Shown piece after piece: positions 1 to 14,314 of a DNA stretch of 63,895 nucleotides; the first letter of the stretch is position 1; each line of letters begins with the position of its first letter. The stretch spans positions 3,285,745 through 3,349,639 of the forward strand of contig CM119265.1 of assembly GCA_051294375.1 (NCBI GenBank), written 5' to 3'. Under the pieces are notes generated by a model. That model saw only the letters and a program-made list of their open reading frames with translations, did not search any database and was not told where the DNA came from. This DNA is from Paraspadella gotoi (lineage: Eukaryota > Animalia > Chaetognatha). Both the position numbers and the translations under genes were made by a program.

Positions 1-212
1 TATTCGAATGTGAATCGAAGAGGTTGCGAGATCGAAGAGAGAGAGAGAGGGAGAGAGAGATATAGAAAGAGAGAGACAGAGAGAGAAACAGAGAAAAAGA
101 GAAAGAGAGTGAGAGACAGAGATGACGAGAGCGAGAGACAGAATGGCCCCCTTAAAACGTTTAATTGAAACTAATTGAGAAAGAAATCAAATATCGAGGA
201 AAAGTGGATTTT

Positions 213-250
<38 letters not shown>

Positions 251-1007
251 TTCTCCCTCTCGCTCTCTCGTCTGAACCTTCGAAATAATAAAAAAACACG
301 CCATCTCAGCGCTCAGTCTCTCTCTTTCTCTGGCTGATTCATAGGCATCTGGTGTCTCTCAGTCTCACTCTCGTTTTTCCTTTCTATTTCCTTTTCTTCT
401 TTTGGAAAAGTCTTTCATTGTCTTTTTCGCCTTAAAATTGAAACTTTTGAAAAAACTTGAGACGGGAATCGAGACANNNNNNNNNNNNNNNNNNNNNNNN
501 NNNNNNNNNNNNNNNNNNNNNNNNNNNNNNNNNNNNNNNNNNNNNNNNNNNNNNNNNNNNNNNNNNNNNNNNNNNNNNNNNNNNNNNNNNNNNNNNNNNN
601 NNNNNNNNNNNNNNNNNNNNNNNNNNNNNNNNNNNNNNNNNNNNNNNNNNNNNNNNNNNNNNNNNNNNNNNNNNNNNNNNNNNNNNNNNNNNNNNNNNNN
701 NNNNNNNNNNNNNNNNNNNNNNNNNNNNNNNNNNNNNNNNNNNNNNNNNNNNNNNNNNNNNNNNNNNNNNNNNNNNNNNNNNNNNNNNNNNNNNNNNNNN
801 NNNNNNNNNNNNNNNNNNNNNNNNNNNNNNNNNNNNNNNNNNNNNNNNNNNNNNNNNNNNNNNNNNNNNNNNNNNNNNNNNNNNNNNNNNNNNNNNNNNN
901 NNNNTTTTAAATTTCTTTCCTTTCCTTTCCTTTATTTCTGTTTCTCCTTCATTCGCCTTCGGGTGAAATCGCTCGTCCGTTTCGTCAACGTCATCGGCGT
1001 CTTCATT

Positions 1008-1041
<34 letters not shown>

Positions 1042-1867
1042 NNNNNNNNNNNNNNNNNNNNNNNNNNNNNNNNNNNNNNNNNNNNNNNNNNNNNNNNNNN
1101 NNNNNNNNNNNNNNNNNNNNNNNNNNNNNNNNNNNNNNNNNNNNNNNNNNNNNNNNNNNNNNNNNNNNNNNNNNNNNNNNNNNNNNNNNNNNNNNNNNNN
1201 NNNNNNNNNNNNNNNNNNNNNNNNNNNNNNNNNNNNNNNNNNNNNNNNNNNNNNNNNNNNNNNNNNNNNNNNNNNNNNNNNNNNNNNNNNNNNNNNNNNN
1301 NTCTCTCTCTCTCTCTCTCTCCATTAAAATGTCATCTCAGGTTGAACTCCACAAATAAAATTATTACACTCTCCTTTCATCTGAATCATTTCTAGATTAT
1401 CTCAGTAAATGTGTCACCATTACGAGCCCACAATAATGCAGTTCAAAACATCCTCGTTCAAAACTATTTAGTCATATAAAACAATTTTTCAAACCGATTC
1501 GTTCAACATTCTCTCATCAAAAACACACTTTGCAGACTCGTATTAAAAAAAAAAAAGGAAAGTCGAACCAAAAAAATTCACTGTGCCGACTCCCGATGGG
1601 ACAGAAGTTTTCGCGTCAGAGAAATCGCGAGGGAAAATACAGTGTGGCGAAACGAGAGCGAGAAGTTTTCGGTTTCGACGGCGTCGGCAGCGTCGGCAAC
1701 GTCGGCAGTAGTGTCGGCGCCGGAGAGAGCTTGGCCACAATGTGCCGGAGCGAGAGATTCGCCGGGACGCGGCTGTTTCCGGCGGATTGCCGGAAAAGGC
1801 GATGGAGCGTGTGGGGAAGAAAGAGAGTCACGGAAAACGGCGTTGGGAGATATAGAGTGAGTTTTGA

Positions 1868-1936
<69 letters not shown>

Positions 1937-2246
1937 AGTTGCTCTGGATCGCTTTGTATCGCTTTAATTTGTTTGGGATCGCTTTGCACAGCAATATTTC
2001 CATTTATTACAATTTTCTCTGATTGCTTTTCTTCGCGGTATTTAAAATTGCTTGTCTTACATTTATCGATCTTCGGGATTGCTTGCTAACGAGACAACTA
2101 ATAACAAATTAACTATAATATAACGCATGATAATAATAATTCAGGATTTTTTAAGAATGAGACTTTAATCTATTCAAACTTCTTCTACTCTTGTTCTACA
2201 GCAGATTTCCCACGAATTTGAAGACTCTCTCCACGCCCACCACATC

Positions 2247-4701
2247 ATGGCCACTTCCTTCGACCACAACGGCTCCGGCCACCGCCTCCTTCACCATCCC
2301 GACCCCCGCATCCTCGACACCGCCTCCGCCTCCGCCAACTCCGTCGTCGACGCCCCCAACGTCTCGTCGGAAGGCGTAGACGTCGGTCTTACCCTTTTCG
2401 ATCTAACCGAGGCTTCGCTCAAGGTAAGTCTTAGGGTTAACAGTCTCGCTTCTTACTTTTTTCAATCCTTCATTCATTCATTCATTCATTCATTCATTCA
2501 TTCATTCATTCATTCATTCATTCATTCATTCATTCATTCATTCATTCATTCATTCAATTCTTTCCCCATTTATCCCTTCATCCAAACCCTCCCCCCCCAC
2601 AGGAGCACCACAACAGCAAGAAGCGCCACCCCTCCTCCTCCGCATCCTCCTCCAAAGGCTCAGACGTGACGGACCGGAAATCCGCCCACGAGACGGAGAC
2701 CGAATCCTACGAGACGGCGTCGTCCGGCTCTTCCGGTCTCTTGCGCCATCTCTCGGCCCCGACGACGGCTTTGGGCGTCGTCTCCGAGCGGCGCTTCCAC
2801 GCCGTCGGTCCCGGGATCGAGATGGCGCAGGGACGCCGGGAAGAGAGCGGCCTGGAGGAAGAGACGACGACGCCGGGCGAAATCGAGTCGGCGTCGTCGT
2901 ACGAACGGCGTCGCGGATCCAGCGCCGGTAGCCTCAAACCGGCGCCTAAAATCTCCAAATCCCATCACATAATCCAGAAAAGTCAAAAAAGGATCGATCA
3001 GAATCTGGCGTCGATCGCCGCCGCCACCGCCGCCGCAGTAGCGGCAGCGCCGGTTTTCGATCCTCGGCGCGGTTTCGCTCCGGCGTCGCAGCAACAACAG
3101 CTTCAGCAAATGAGGGTCCCCCAGCAATTCCCTTCGCAATACTCGTCCGAAGTCTCTCTCTTTTCCGCAAACTTTAACCAGTTGCATACGATGCCGCAAC
3201 AGCACTCCTTGCTGCAGCCTCAGTTGCCGCAACATCACGTTTACGAGTCTCTAGAACCTGGTCACCTCAGTCTGCCTTGTGATACGAACAATAACGACGC
3301 CGACGACTCCAAGGCGTCCAGGCAGCAACAGCAGAGGCATTCGTTGCGGCGAGTGCAACAGCAAGCCCCCATGCAGCAACATTTGCCCAAGATGCAGCAA
3401 GGGAAAGGTCGGGACTCGATCGCGCCCGAAGTCTCCTCGACGTCATCGTCCTCGACAATCCTCCACGGGAAAGGTGAGTTTGTTTGATGGAGTTGGATGG
3501 AGAGGTGATGATGTTGTTGTTGACGGTGCTGTTGAAAGNNNNNNNNNNTGATGATGATGATGATGATGATGATGATCACGAAAATGACGAAAAGAAAAGA
3601 AATAACTAAAAAATAATCTCCATCTTACTCGCTCTCTCTCTCTCTCTATCTGTCTATCTCTCTCTCCATCTTTCTTCTTCCCTCATGACCCATCTGAGCA
3701 GCTGCGAGCTAAAAATAAAAAAATGATACTGACCCCGAAAGTGAGCAAACATCGCAGTCGCCGCCTCGTTCATGAAAANNNNNNNNNNNNNNNNNNNNNN
3801 NNNNNNNNNNNNNNNNNNNNNNNNNNNNNNNNNNNNNNNNNNNNNNNNNNNNNNNNNNNNNNNNNNNNNNNNNNNNNNNNNNNNNNNNNNNNNNNNNNNN
3901 NNNNNNNNNNNNNNNNNNNNNNNNNNNNNNNNNNNNNNNNNNNNNNNNNNNNNNNNNNNNNNNNNNNNNNNNNNNNNNNNNNNNNNNNNNNNNNNNNNNN
4001 NNNNNNNNNNNNNNNNNNNNNNNNNNNNNNNNNNNNNNNNNNNNNNNNNNNNNNNNNNNNNNNNNNNNNNNNNNNNNNNNNNNNNNNNNNNNNNNNNNNN
4101 NNNNNNNNNNNNNNNNNNNNNNNNNNNNNNNNNNNNNNNNNNNNNNNNNNNNNNNNNNNNNNNNNNNNNNNNNNNNNNNNNNNNNNNNNNNNNNNNNNNN
4201 NNNNNNNNNNNNNNNNNNNNNNNNNNNNNNNNNNNNNNNNNNNNNNNNNNNNNNNNNNNNNNNNNNNNNNNNNNNNNNNNNNNNNNNNNNNNNNNNNNNN
4301 NNNNNNNNNNNNNNNNNNNNNNNNNNNNNNNNNNNNNNNNNNNNNNNNNNNNNNNNNNNNNNNNNNNNNNNNNNNNNNNNNNNNNNNNNNNNNNNNNNNN
4401 NNNNNNNNNNNNNNNNNNNNNNNNNNNNNNNNNNNNNNNNNNNNNNNNNNNNNNNNNNNNNNNNNNNNNNNNNNNNNNNNNNNNNNNNNNNNNNNNNNNN
4501 NNNNNNNNNNNNNNNNNNNNNNNNNNNNNNNNNNNNNNNNNNNNNNNNNNNNNNNNNNNNNNNNNNNNNNNNNNNNNNNNNNNNNNNNNNNNNNNNNNNN
4601 NNNNNNNNNNNNNNNNNNNNNNNNNNNNNNNNNNNNNNNNNNNNNNNNNTACTTTTCCTTACCTTCCAATAATTTTGCCATAACTTAATTCTTAAAAAGG
4701 G

Positions 4702-4737
<36 letters not shown>

Positions 4738-5789
4738 TCTCTCTCTGTCTTTAACTCTTTTATTTCTATATTTACACAAGCTTCTACCAGAGATTCTAAC
4801 CGTTTCCATCCGATCAGCCCTAACCAGGGATCCCGAGGACAACCGCCCCGGATTCCAACATTAATGCCCCTACCCCTTACAATACTCTTTACCCTTACCT
4901 CTTTCAATGCCCCTCCTCCTTACAAAGTACTCACCTTACAAAGGCCCTACCTTCGTTCATGTCAACTGTTTACTCAAGCTTTTTACCCCCAAAAAATACG
5001 TCTTTTATTTTCTCTCTTTTCCAAGAATTTTTATCCCACTCACTCTCTTTCTCAGTTTTCATCGCTCTCCCTCTCTTTCTCTGTCTCCATCTTTCACCCC
5101 TTTTCTCTCTCTCTCCCCGAGAAAATTGGCGCCAAAAACTGTTTTCGGGTACACATCTCTTTTTTTGGAGAGACTGAAGATAAGACTCCATTTTTTGAAG
5201 GCAACGGAGATCCTGCATTTAAGTGGTTAGATGAAAAAACAAAAACAAAAAGGAAAAAAAAAAAAAAACGAGGGAGAGAGAGAGAAAAAGAAAGAGAGAG
5301 AGAGAGAGAGACACCCCCAAAAAATAGATTATATCTCAGATAAAAACTTTTTTTGTTCACTGGTTTTGAAACAAAAAAAAAATTTCCTTCAAATCGGCTG
5401 GCCGTGAAAATCGGGCTTTCAAAAGATCGCCAGATCTAGCAAGGGGGGGAGGGTAAAGCGGTTCCCCCTTTTTGTGTCCAACCCCCTCGGCTCTCCCCCC
5501 TTCTCTCTCTCTCTCTTCTCCCCCCCTTTTTTTCCTTTGGGGTCGGGAATTTCTGTGCGTTGGCTCCACACTCGGAGAGAGAGAGAAGAGAGAGAGCGAC
5601 GAGAGAGGAGGAGAGAGAGGAGAGAGAGAGAGAGAGAGAGACTAGTGAGAGCAGAGAGAGATGTAGTCAAAAAGCGGCGGCGACGGCTGCTCCCGCTGCC
5701 GCTGCGGCGGTATTTCGTCGCGGCCATGGGCCTTCCATTCCTCTACTCTCTCTCTCTCTCTGTGAGGCTCTCTCTTCTCTTCCTCCTCA

Positions 5790-5827
<38 letters not shown>

Positions 5828-7820
5828 CTCTCGGGTGTTTGTTCTACTCTGTCTCAAAACCGACGTGAGTGATTTTTGAAAAGAATCCTCCTGACGATTC
5901 GAAGCGACGGCGACTGCACGTTTTGGGGGGTTTCGCCGCACGTTCCATAGAGAGCAGAGAGAGAGAGAGAGAGAAGGAGACGAGAAGAGAGAGAGACGAG
6001 AGAGAGAGAGACGGAGCGACGAAATGGCTTTGCCCCCAAATTTCCATTAATCATTTTTAAAAGTCCGACAGCGCTAAGTTTATGCGGCGTTAGCCCTGCA
6101 CGGAGGAGAGAGAGAGAGAGAGAAATCTTCACGCAATGTCTCTCTCTCTTTTTTTTCGCGGGGGTACGAAACAATTTCTTGCCTCTCTCTCTCTCTCTCT
6201 CTGTCTCCCTCCCTTTTTTTAAAATCCGTGAAGGTTCTCCCAAGAACTTCACGATGAAGACCGGTTCGGGCCGCGTTCGTGAGCGTTGCGCGCCGGTTCA
6301 CAACGACAACAACCTTCTACGCGATTTAAATGCCTTTGTAACCCTCCGTCAACGGTTGTGGAAACGATTAATTTTGGTCTCTGGCGACGGAAATAGGTCG
6401 TTTCTACTGCTAGCAGGAAATTCGATCCATAACGAAGGAGGAAAAAAAATTTTTTTGGGGAAAGAAAAGAAATGAGGAAATTAAGTCTTTTGAAAGGAGA
6501 TTTGAAAGAGATTTGAGGGATGAATCGGAGTAGACAGTATGAGTTAAAGGTGAGTTTTATACGAAGTTAGAAAAGTACAGTTTTTGAAAAGCTTTTAACG
6601 TGAAGTTGTGGTGCGAGGGATTGCTGATTGAAGATAGCCTTTCGGGTGGATTGGGTTATATCTTTGTACATATTTTAAGAAAACTGATACCGAATTAAGT
6701 TGTTTTGAAATAAAATAGTAATATTGAATTGAGAGAACTAAAAGTAAGGTCTTGTCGACTGAGTGAGTCGAGAAATCGCGCGCCAAGAGAGAGAGAAAGA
6801 ACGAAACAGAGAAAGAGAGAGAGAGTGAGAAATACCGGATTAACGGTCCGTAATTTTGACGGATTTGCGGCGGAAATCCTGGGGAGAGCGAGTGTTCAAG
6901 AGAGTGAGAGAATGAGAGAGAGAGAGACGTTTTCGGAGACGATGAAAGCAAAGGAAGGAATTACGACGGTTCCGAATTCCGGAATCGAATTTAGGCGCAT
7001 AAGATTTGAATGAATCACGAATCCTGTTAACCATGATAGAAAGAAATACGTGATCCTGATTCATCTATCGTTAAATCTGTGAACATCGTTTTCACAAAAT
7101 GTTGGATTGATGAATCAAACTTCAAGAATTACGAAATTCGGTCGAAGCGATAAAGTTTCCGGATTTTATCGGCGAATTCGTCATTGTCTCCAGACTCGAA
7201 CCAAGAGAGAATATTAAGCCTCGGGTTTTCGGCGACGAAGATCGACTTGAGCCGACCTGACCCAACCTGAGCTGAACTTACCCAAAACTCGAGCCTAACT
7301 GATCCCAGCAATACCGTCGCGTGGGGATAAGAGCTTAATCGTTAAGTGAACTCGGGAGAGAGGAAGAGTAATCTTCGATCCTTAATTTAATTAATTTCCT
7401 AGATTAGTTCGTAAATTTATTTAATTTAATTTTATCATTAGTGTCACTTTTTTTACGAGTTAATAAGTACTACTTTAGTTTGTTTTTGTTTTTTTATTAC
7501 ATATTACGTTACATATTATATTGGTTTACCTGTTTTTTTGGTTAGCGTCTTAATAAATCAAAACAAGGCCGAGTTACTGCCAGAGCCTCTATCAACATTT
7601 TCATTGTGCATCGAGTTTTATTCAGCAAATTCCGTTGAAAGTCTTCGATGGGTTAGAAAAAAAAATATCGGCGCCTAAACTTAAAAATGAAAAAAAAAGG
7701 GGAAAAAAAAAGATTTAGAAAAAAAAAAACTTGGTTCATTGTTTCCCTTGAGTCGGCGAGGGTGAAAGAATTTAAAAACTATTTAAGGACCCACGGATCG
7801 AGATATGGGGTGTTTGCTCT

Positions 7821-7903
<83 letters not shown>

Positions 7904-8028
7904 CCGGAAAATGGTATTTCTTTTTTCTTTTTTTTTAAGCGATGGATTCAGAGATCACGTGATACTTCTGACTGAAGTTTCCTTCTTCTATTGTTGGGAC
8001 AACAGATTCAAACTCTTGATAACATTGT

Positions 8029-8121
<93 letters not shown>

Positions 8122-8285
8122 CGTTCTCACACACACACCATAACAGTCGGGGGACAGAGAGGATACAATAAATTCTCACGTCCGCTGAATATGAATGGTT
8201 GTCTCTCTGTCTCTATCTTTCTCTCTCTCCCTCTCTCTCTTTACAACGAGGAAAAGACTAAAGATGAGGAAGATTATAACGGCGA

Positions 8286-8324
<39 letters not shown>

Positions 8325-11300
8325 TTACGAAATGTCGACCACAGAAAAATTTCGTCATCTCAATTTTTTTTGAAAGATGAAACTTGCAAGTTGAAAGATG
8401 AATTTTATCTTTTCTCGGTCGAATTTCATCCCGGAATCTAATCTTCCTTCAGGTCAACTCAAGCTGTCTCTCTACGTCAACTGCGGCCTGTTGACCATCC
8501 ACATCATCCAAGCCAAACACCTCACCAGCGCCGTCTACAAGACTTGCAGCGCCTACGTCCGTTTGTCATTGGTGCCAGATCAAACGCAACGGACTCATTG
8601 CAAAACGCCAGTTGCATTCGGCAGCAATAATCCGGTCTTCGACAGAAAGTTCTCATTGTAAGTTTAATTTAGATTCAGTATCTGTCTAGAAATATAATTT
8701 TCAGAAATAAACACTAATTAAATAAATAAATATATATATCTATTTGGTCAAACAATTATCTTGTCATTATTCACACTTCTCTCTTCCCTTCCCAAATTCC
8801 AGCGAGCTCCTTCAAGAGGACATTCGTAAACGTCTTCTCATTTCCATCTGGAACAAAGATCCTTCCCTCGGACCCAACTCTGAGTTCATGGGCTGCATGT
8901 CATTCGGCATGAAACACCTGCTCAACAACAACAACAACAACAACAACAACAAAAGCAACGCCCTCGAAGATGGCGCCATTTCCGGCTGGTATCATCTCCT
9001 CTCCGAAAAGGTCGGGCGCCACAAGCATCTCCAAGCCGCCCATTCTCGCCAGCGCCAAGGCCCCGCCAAGATGATGCCGGTCCTTCAGCAAATGCAGCAA
9101 CAGCAAAAAGGCGGCTCTCTGCAGCACCAGCAGCGGCCCCGCGTCAACGCCGCCGCCAACGCCGTCGCCCGCGCCCTTCGCTCGACAGCTGGCTGTCTCG
9201 GCGGCGACGACGCCGCCCGTCGATCGTGCAGCCGCCCGTCCAGCCGATCGGGCAGCGACAGCGACGACCCAGATCGCTGCCGCGTCGACGCGGGTCTTCG
9301 CTTCGAAGAACTCTCTCCGGGCGAGCAGCTGCGGCAGCAGGCTGTGGCGCGAATGCTGCGTAACGAAGTCAATTACATCCGGTCTTCTGTGCAGGGCATC
9401 CATCAATTCTCTCGTCCGCTCCGAACGCGACTTATCTCAGCCGAAGAGCATCTCCTTCTCTTCCAAAACATCGAGAAACTCGTGGCCATCTCAGAGTTTC
9501 ACGTGCAAGAGCTGCTTTCCTCCGCGCTACCTTACGCGGCCCCGATCGAGCATCATTCCCATCCGGGCGGGGCACCACCGCCTCACCCTCACCTCCACCA
9601 TCCCCGACCCGAAGGCTTCGTCGACAATCCCGGGAAGATCTATATTTCCAAGTTGGATCTCCTCGTCTCCGCCTACGATAACTATTGTCGAGGCCTCTCG
9701 GACGCGCGAACTCTCCTCGAGTCTCTCGTCCACTCGGACTCCAACTTCACCGCCTTTTTGAGGGAGTGCTTGAAGGTGAGAGCAGGCTTTCGAATTATTA
9801 TCATAGAATTCGTCGTTTAATGTCAAAACTTATGGAAGTTTTAGAGTCAGTTAAAACGAAATTATATAATAAAATTAACTATCAATGTTTATTAAGCGAT
9901 GACTTGAGATATGACATGACATGACTTGACATGACACCAATCTAATGACGCATCTCCCTCCTTCAGGTCGGTGACGAAAATGACATCGAGCTCTACATCT
10001 GTCGCCCCGTCGAACACTTCGAAGAGCTCATCCAAGATCTTCGTCGGGTCCACTCGCTGACCCCGCGACGCCATCCTGATTACGACGATCTCACCTTCGT
10101 CGTCCAGGGTCTCGAGGCGGCGCTGGAACGAATCCGCGCCGCCGCATCGGCGCAGGCGTCGGAATCCGTCTCCGCGTCGACGGAAGCGGCGCCGCTGCGG
10201 CCTCCTCAGCCGCTGCCTCAGCTGCACGTCGCATCCGCCCCGGTCTCCTCTTCCTCTTCCTCTTCCTCGTCTCCTTCCAAACTTTTCCTCCGTTCGGCTC
10301 GATCGGCTCCTTGTCTCGTCGAACCCGCGCGACATCCCGAGCGAACGCGGCCGTCCTCGCGCGCCGCTGCGGACGAACGTGGCTCCGTCGATCGGGCGGC
10401 GTCGGTTGCGTCGTCGACGAGCCGTTCCGGAGAGGAGGAGACGAGGGAGAGGGAGACGGAAGAGGAGGAGAGGCGAGAGGCGGCGTCGAGGGTGTCGTCG
10501 AGGTCTTCGGGGATTTCGTCGCAACCCTCGATAGCGTCGTCGACGGGATTGTCCAAGGGAATCTCGGAAGTCGTTAAGAGGCTTCGGTTCGGAGAGAGAG
10601 TTAAGGTGAGATAAAGAGAGATAGAGAGGGAGATAAATCCTTCACCAATCAAAACCCTAAATAAATCATATCCTCAATCAATCAAACAAGTAAACCCCAA
10701 TATTAACCAATCAAATCCTTAAACATGAAATCCTAAACCAATCAAAAAACCTTAATCAACTTCTCCTCCTTTCTCCGATCAGCCTTTCCAACTTTCCGGC
10801 GCCGGACGTCATTTCGTTTTCGCCGGCGACGTCGAGAAATACGACGCCGATTCTCGAACTTGGGAGAAAGTTTTCGTCCTTCTTTTCTCCGACGTTGTCG
10901 TCTTCACCCGGCGCCAGGCCGACCAAGAGGCCGACGCCGGGACCGACAACGCCGACGAGACGGCGCCCTTGACCGTCGTGGAGGCGCCGCTCTTTCTCAG
11001 CGAAGTTTTGGCCTCGGATTTCGGGACGGAAGAGACGAGCGATTTCAGCATCGCCGTTTTGATGCCGGTGAGTGTCTATAATCTCATTTGCATATAGTAG
11101 TGGCGGGGTTTGGGTCGAGTTCAATTCGGTAGTTATATCAATTCGTGGTTTCGAAATTGATTACTGACAATTGCGTAATTTGTTGAAAAGCAAAGCACAA
11201 TGATAGAGAATAACCTATTAATGAATTTAATGAATTTAATTTAACTAATGAATTTAAGAACATCAATAAAATAATATAAACAACAATTAAGAAAGATGTG

Positions 11301-11558
11301 TTATATAATTATCCATCTAATCGACTCTCTCCCCCTCAACAGCACTCCTCATCCTCCTCCTCCTCCTCCTCTTCCTCATCTTCTTTCCACGTCGTTCCAA
11401 TCTGTCTTCGCGCTCCCTCCGCCGGCCGCAAGGAGACGTGGAAGGCGCACCTGAAGCATCTCCTCGAGCAGGTGCACGGATCGAGCCGAGTGGAGCAGGC
11501 GTTGGAGGAAGTGAAGTCTGAAGACGTCGTCGAGGATCCTAAAGCCACTCTGGTCTGA
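2247..11558 (+). CDS. C2(RGS3-type)-DH-PH Rho guanine nucleotide exchange factor, PsGEF-like, about 1121 aa, 7 exons
   Basis: Phase-consistent GT-AG exons: 2247-2423, 2603-3473, 8453-8657, 8803-9775, 9967-10605, 10783-11067, 11343-11558 (3366 nt). The C2 domain GQLKLSL...LTIHIIQAKHL...YVRLSLVPD...NPVFDRKFSFEL...KRLLISIWNK...GCMSFGMKHLL...ISGWYHLLSEKVGRHKHL closely matches the RGS3/PsGEF C2. DH motifs: NEVNYI, LFQNIEKL, YDNYCRGL, RPVEHF...LTPRRHPDY. PH motifs: RHFVFAGD, VLLFSDVVVFT, KETWKAHL. The frame stays open back to a NAGNAG acceptor at 2199-2204, so upstream coding exons are possible. Confidence 0.88.
3779..4650. other. Assembly gap inside the long intron of the RhoGEF gene (other gaps at 477-904, 1042-1301 and short ones at 3539, 29719, 54743)
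   Basis: Runs of N. Confidence 1.
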
Positions 11559-14314
11559 GGATTTCCTCTCGAATTTGGAGCGAAGAGAGACTCGCTCTCT
11601 CGCTGCCATTCGTTCGACGTCTCTCTCCTCTGTACCGCCGTCTCTGTCTCTCTCTCTTTGTCTCCTCGAGATCCAAAGATCCAAACTCTACAGACGCCAA
11701 AGTCCGAGCGTTCGCGGTCTTTTTCGACGAGAGAAAGAGAGCGAGACACTTTCGAAAGAGAGCGAGACACTTTCGAAACCTCAAATAAAACGCACACCCA
11801 GCGAATTCATCCGTCCACGACCGAAAAACGTTCCAGTCCCCGCCCTGCCTTCCTCTTTTCGATGCGTCCGCAAATTGGTGCATCCCTCTAAGGGAAATTG
11901 TCTCCCGAAACAATAACGGATGCGGTGCCTTGTCAATCCCCACCTATTACTAAGCCCTAGAAAATCTTCTCTGTCCCTCCTCCCTCCCCCCCCGTGGAAG
12001 CGAATTGTCCCATGGTCATTTATTCGCCCCCTTCACCCCATTTTCCCCCCAACCCGATTACCCCTCCTCGTACTCATGATTTCACCAAATCGTTTTTTTA
12101 ACCTATATATAAATATATTTTCCGCTTTATAAATATTTTTTTTTCACGTTTGAAATATATTGTGAGTTCGTTTATCTTTTCTGATCACTGCGTTATTTGC
12201 ATTCGTTCAATTTTCTCTTTATTATTATTTCCGCAATTTCGGGTTCATACAAAATCTATTGTTAACTTTTTTTAGCCCGTACACGAATTTTTATTGCCAA
12301 ACGAAACAAAAGTAAAAAAAAAAAAAAACAAAAACAAAAAACAAACATCATAACTCGTTTCTTTCTGTTTTTTTTTCTAGCATAATCTCTACAGTATTCC
12401 ATTCCTTCCTTGCATTGATTTTTTTGGGTTTTGAGTCTTAGATTTTTCATAAAAGGTATAATTAGCTTAAACTGTACCATGTTGCATCGTCATCCAAAGC
12501 GGCCATATTTTTATCTCAGGATCGACCGACAAAAAAAGTTATTTTTTTGTTTCTCAAAAAAAAAAAAAAAAAACCTTTCGGCACATTTTTACCTCCAAAT
12601 TTTTGAGTCTTATTACATTATTTCATGATTACATTACCTCCGGTATTTTCATCCAGTTTTTTTTAAATATTTTATATTTTATTTCCGATTAAATTTTTGA
12701 AATCGGGAAATTTCTCTCTTACCTCATTCGGACTTCTTGCCATAATTTCTATAGGTATTACTTCTAACACCATTTGCCTACATCTATTGTATTTTAGACT
12801 TATTTCCGATATTAATATTTTCGAACGAGACATCGACTCTCTGGTTCGAAATCGTATCATTTTCAAATTACTATTTTATTACTGCTATGTCGAATATAAA
12901 TTGAATTTAGTAAGGATCCAAAAATCCAAAAATCCAAAAATAAATGACCAATTTCGCTCACGGTTATTTAATTACAAAATTTATTGTTCGCATATAAATA
13001 TTATGTAAATAATTGAAATACCATTTACCTCGCCATTTTACTTTGTTAAATTATCTTGATTGTATATGAAGAAAATTATTTTATAGTGCCTAGAGTCATT
13101 TGAAATTCGTTATTTGAAATAAAACGAGAAAAAAACCTTTTAAAAAAGTTTCATTATTATTTAATTAAGATGAGGTATTGACTTTTGACTTTTCTGAAAG
13201 AGTGAAGCTAGATTAAGGGGTTGACCTCAGAACATTTGAAAAAAAACTGGGTTCACATTGACATAACCGTTGATGACGACGACGACGACGCCGCTAACGC
13301 TAACCGACCGGCCGATCAAACGACCGATCAGTGTTGCGCATCTAATAAGGTTTTTCGTTGCCGAACAAGAAAACTGAAAAGCGTTGAGATTCTTCGTCGG
13401 GACAAATCTTATCGGGCACAAAAAAAAAAAAAGGAAAGAGCGAGCAGTGAACTCTGACCGCCAAGTCAGCTACCGTTTCCAGATCTGCGACGGGAGATCA
13501 AGGGATGAGAAGTCACGGGATGGCATCACGGACCGGAACGGCAAATCCTGGAATCCTTCGTTGCCATCTCGGCTCGATGAACGGTTTGTGCCATTAAGGG
13601 AAAATGTCAAGAGTTTGAAGATTAAATCTTAATTCTTAGTCGACCGGTTTTTTTGGGATGGAATGAGATATTAAAAATCTGATATATCGGGGAGAAGTTT
13701 GATAAAATGAGATATTATTTGATAATAAGATTTCTATGCAGCTTATCTTGTGACGTAATAGCATAAATATTTTGGGATATTGAATCAAATTCTCAAAAAC
13801 TGCAAAAAGACCATGAGAAAATTTAAGTTAAAAATCAGATGTGACGGTATTAAATCTTTCTTTCAGTCTTTCTTAAAAATATGATTAATTCCCCATGCAG
13901 TTGTTTTTTCATCTCTTCTGCATGTTGCATCAAACTGAAAAGGTACCAAGAGTTTTGTAAGAGCTTTCGATCTTGCCTGTCTTAAGCAATCAACTCTTCA
14001 AAAGAACATGAGGATAGCCCCAAAATAAAAGAATAAAAAATGAAAGTCTATTTATCATTTCTAAACTCTTAGTTCGTAATATGATGTCATTCCGAACTCA
14101 GAAAAAAATCTCTCCCTTTTTTTCTTTCTTTAAATCTGATTTTATCCTTAAAGATTCTTCTTACGTTTTTTTAAAATTCATTTTATTTTATTTTTTTTTC
14201 GCGGATTTTTTTCAAACAGTCAATAGCTTTTTTAGGCTTTTTTGAGCTTTTTTTAAAAGCTGTTTATCTCAAGGAGACTTGTTTTTTTTCGCTTTTGTTT
14301 AATTTTTCTCCGAA

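Noticed and set aside
402-4842. Long ORFs containing X runs
   Set aside because: Artefacts of translating through N gaps.
6253-6549. Alternative first coding exon of the RhoGEF (MKTGSGRV..., donor at 6550)
   Set aside because: No donor gives a stop-free phase-1 join to the 8453 exon; at most a non-coding exon.
8900-11124. Long antisense ORFs over the RhoGEF exons (e.g. 8900-9406, 9892-10524)
   Set aside because: Shadow ORFs caused by GC-rich codon usage; the domain motifs and splice sites are all on the plus strand.
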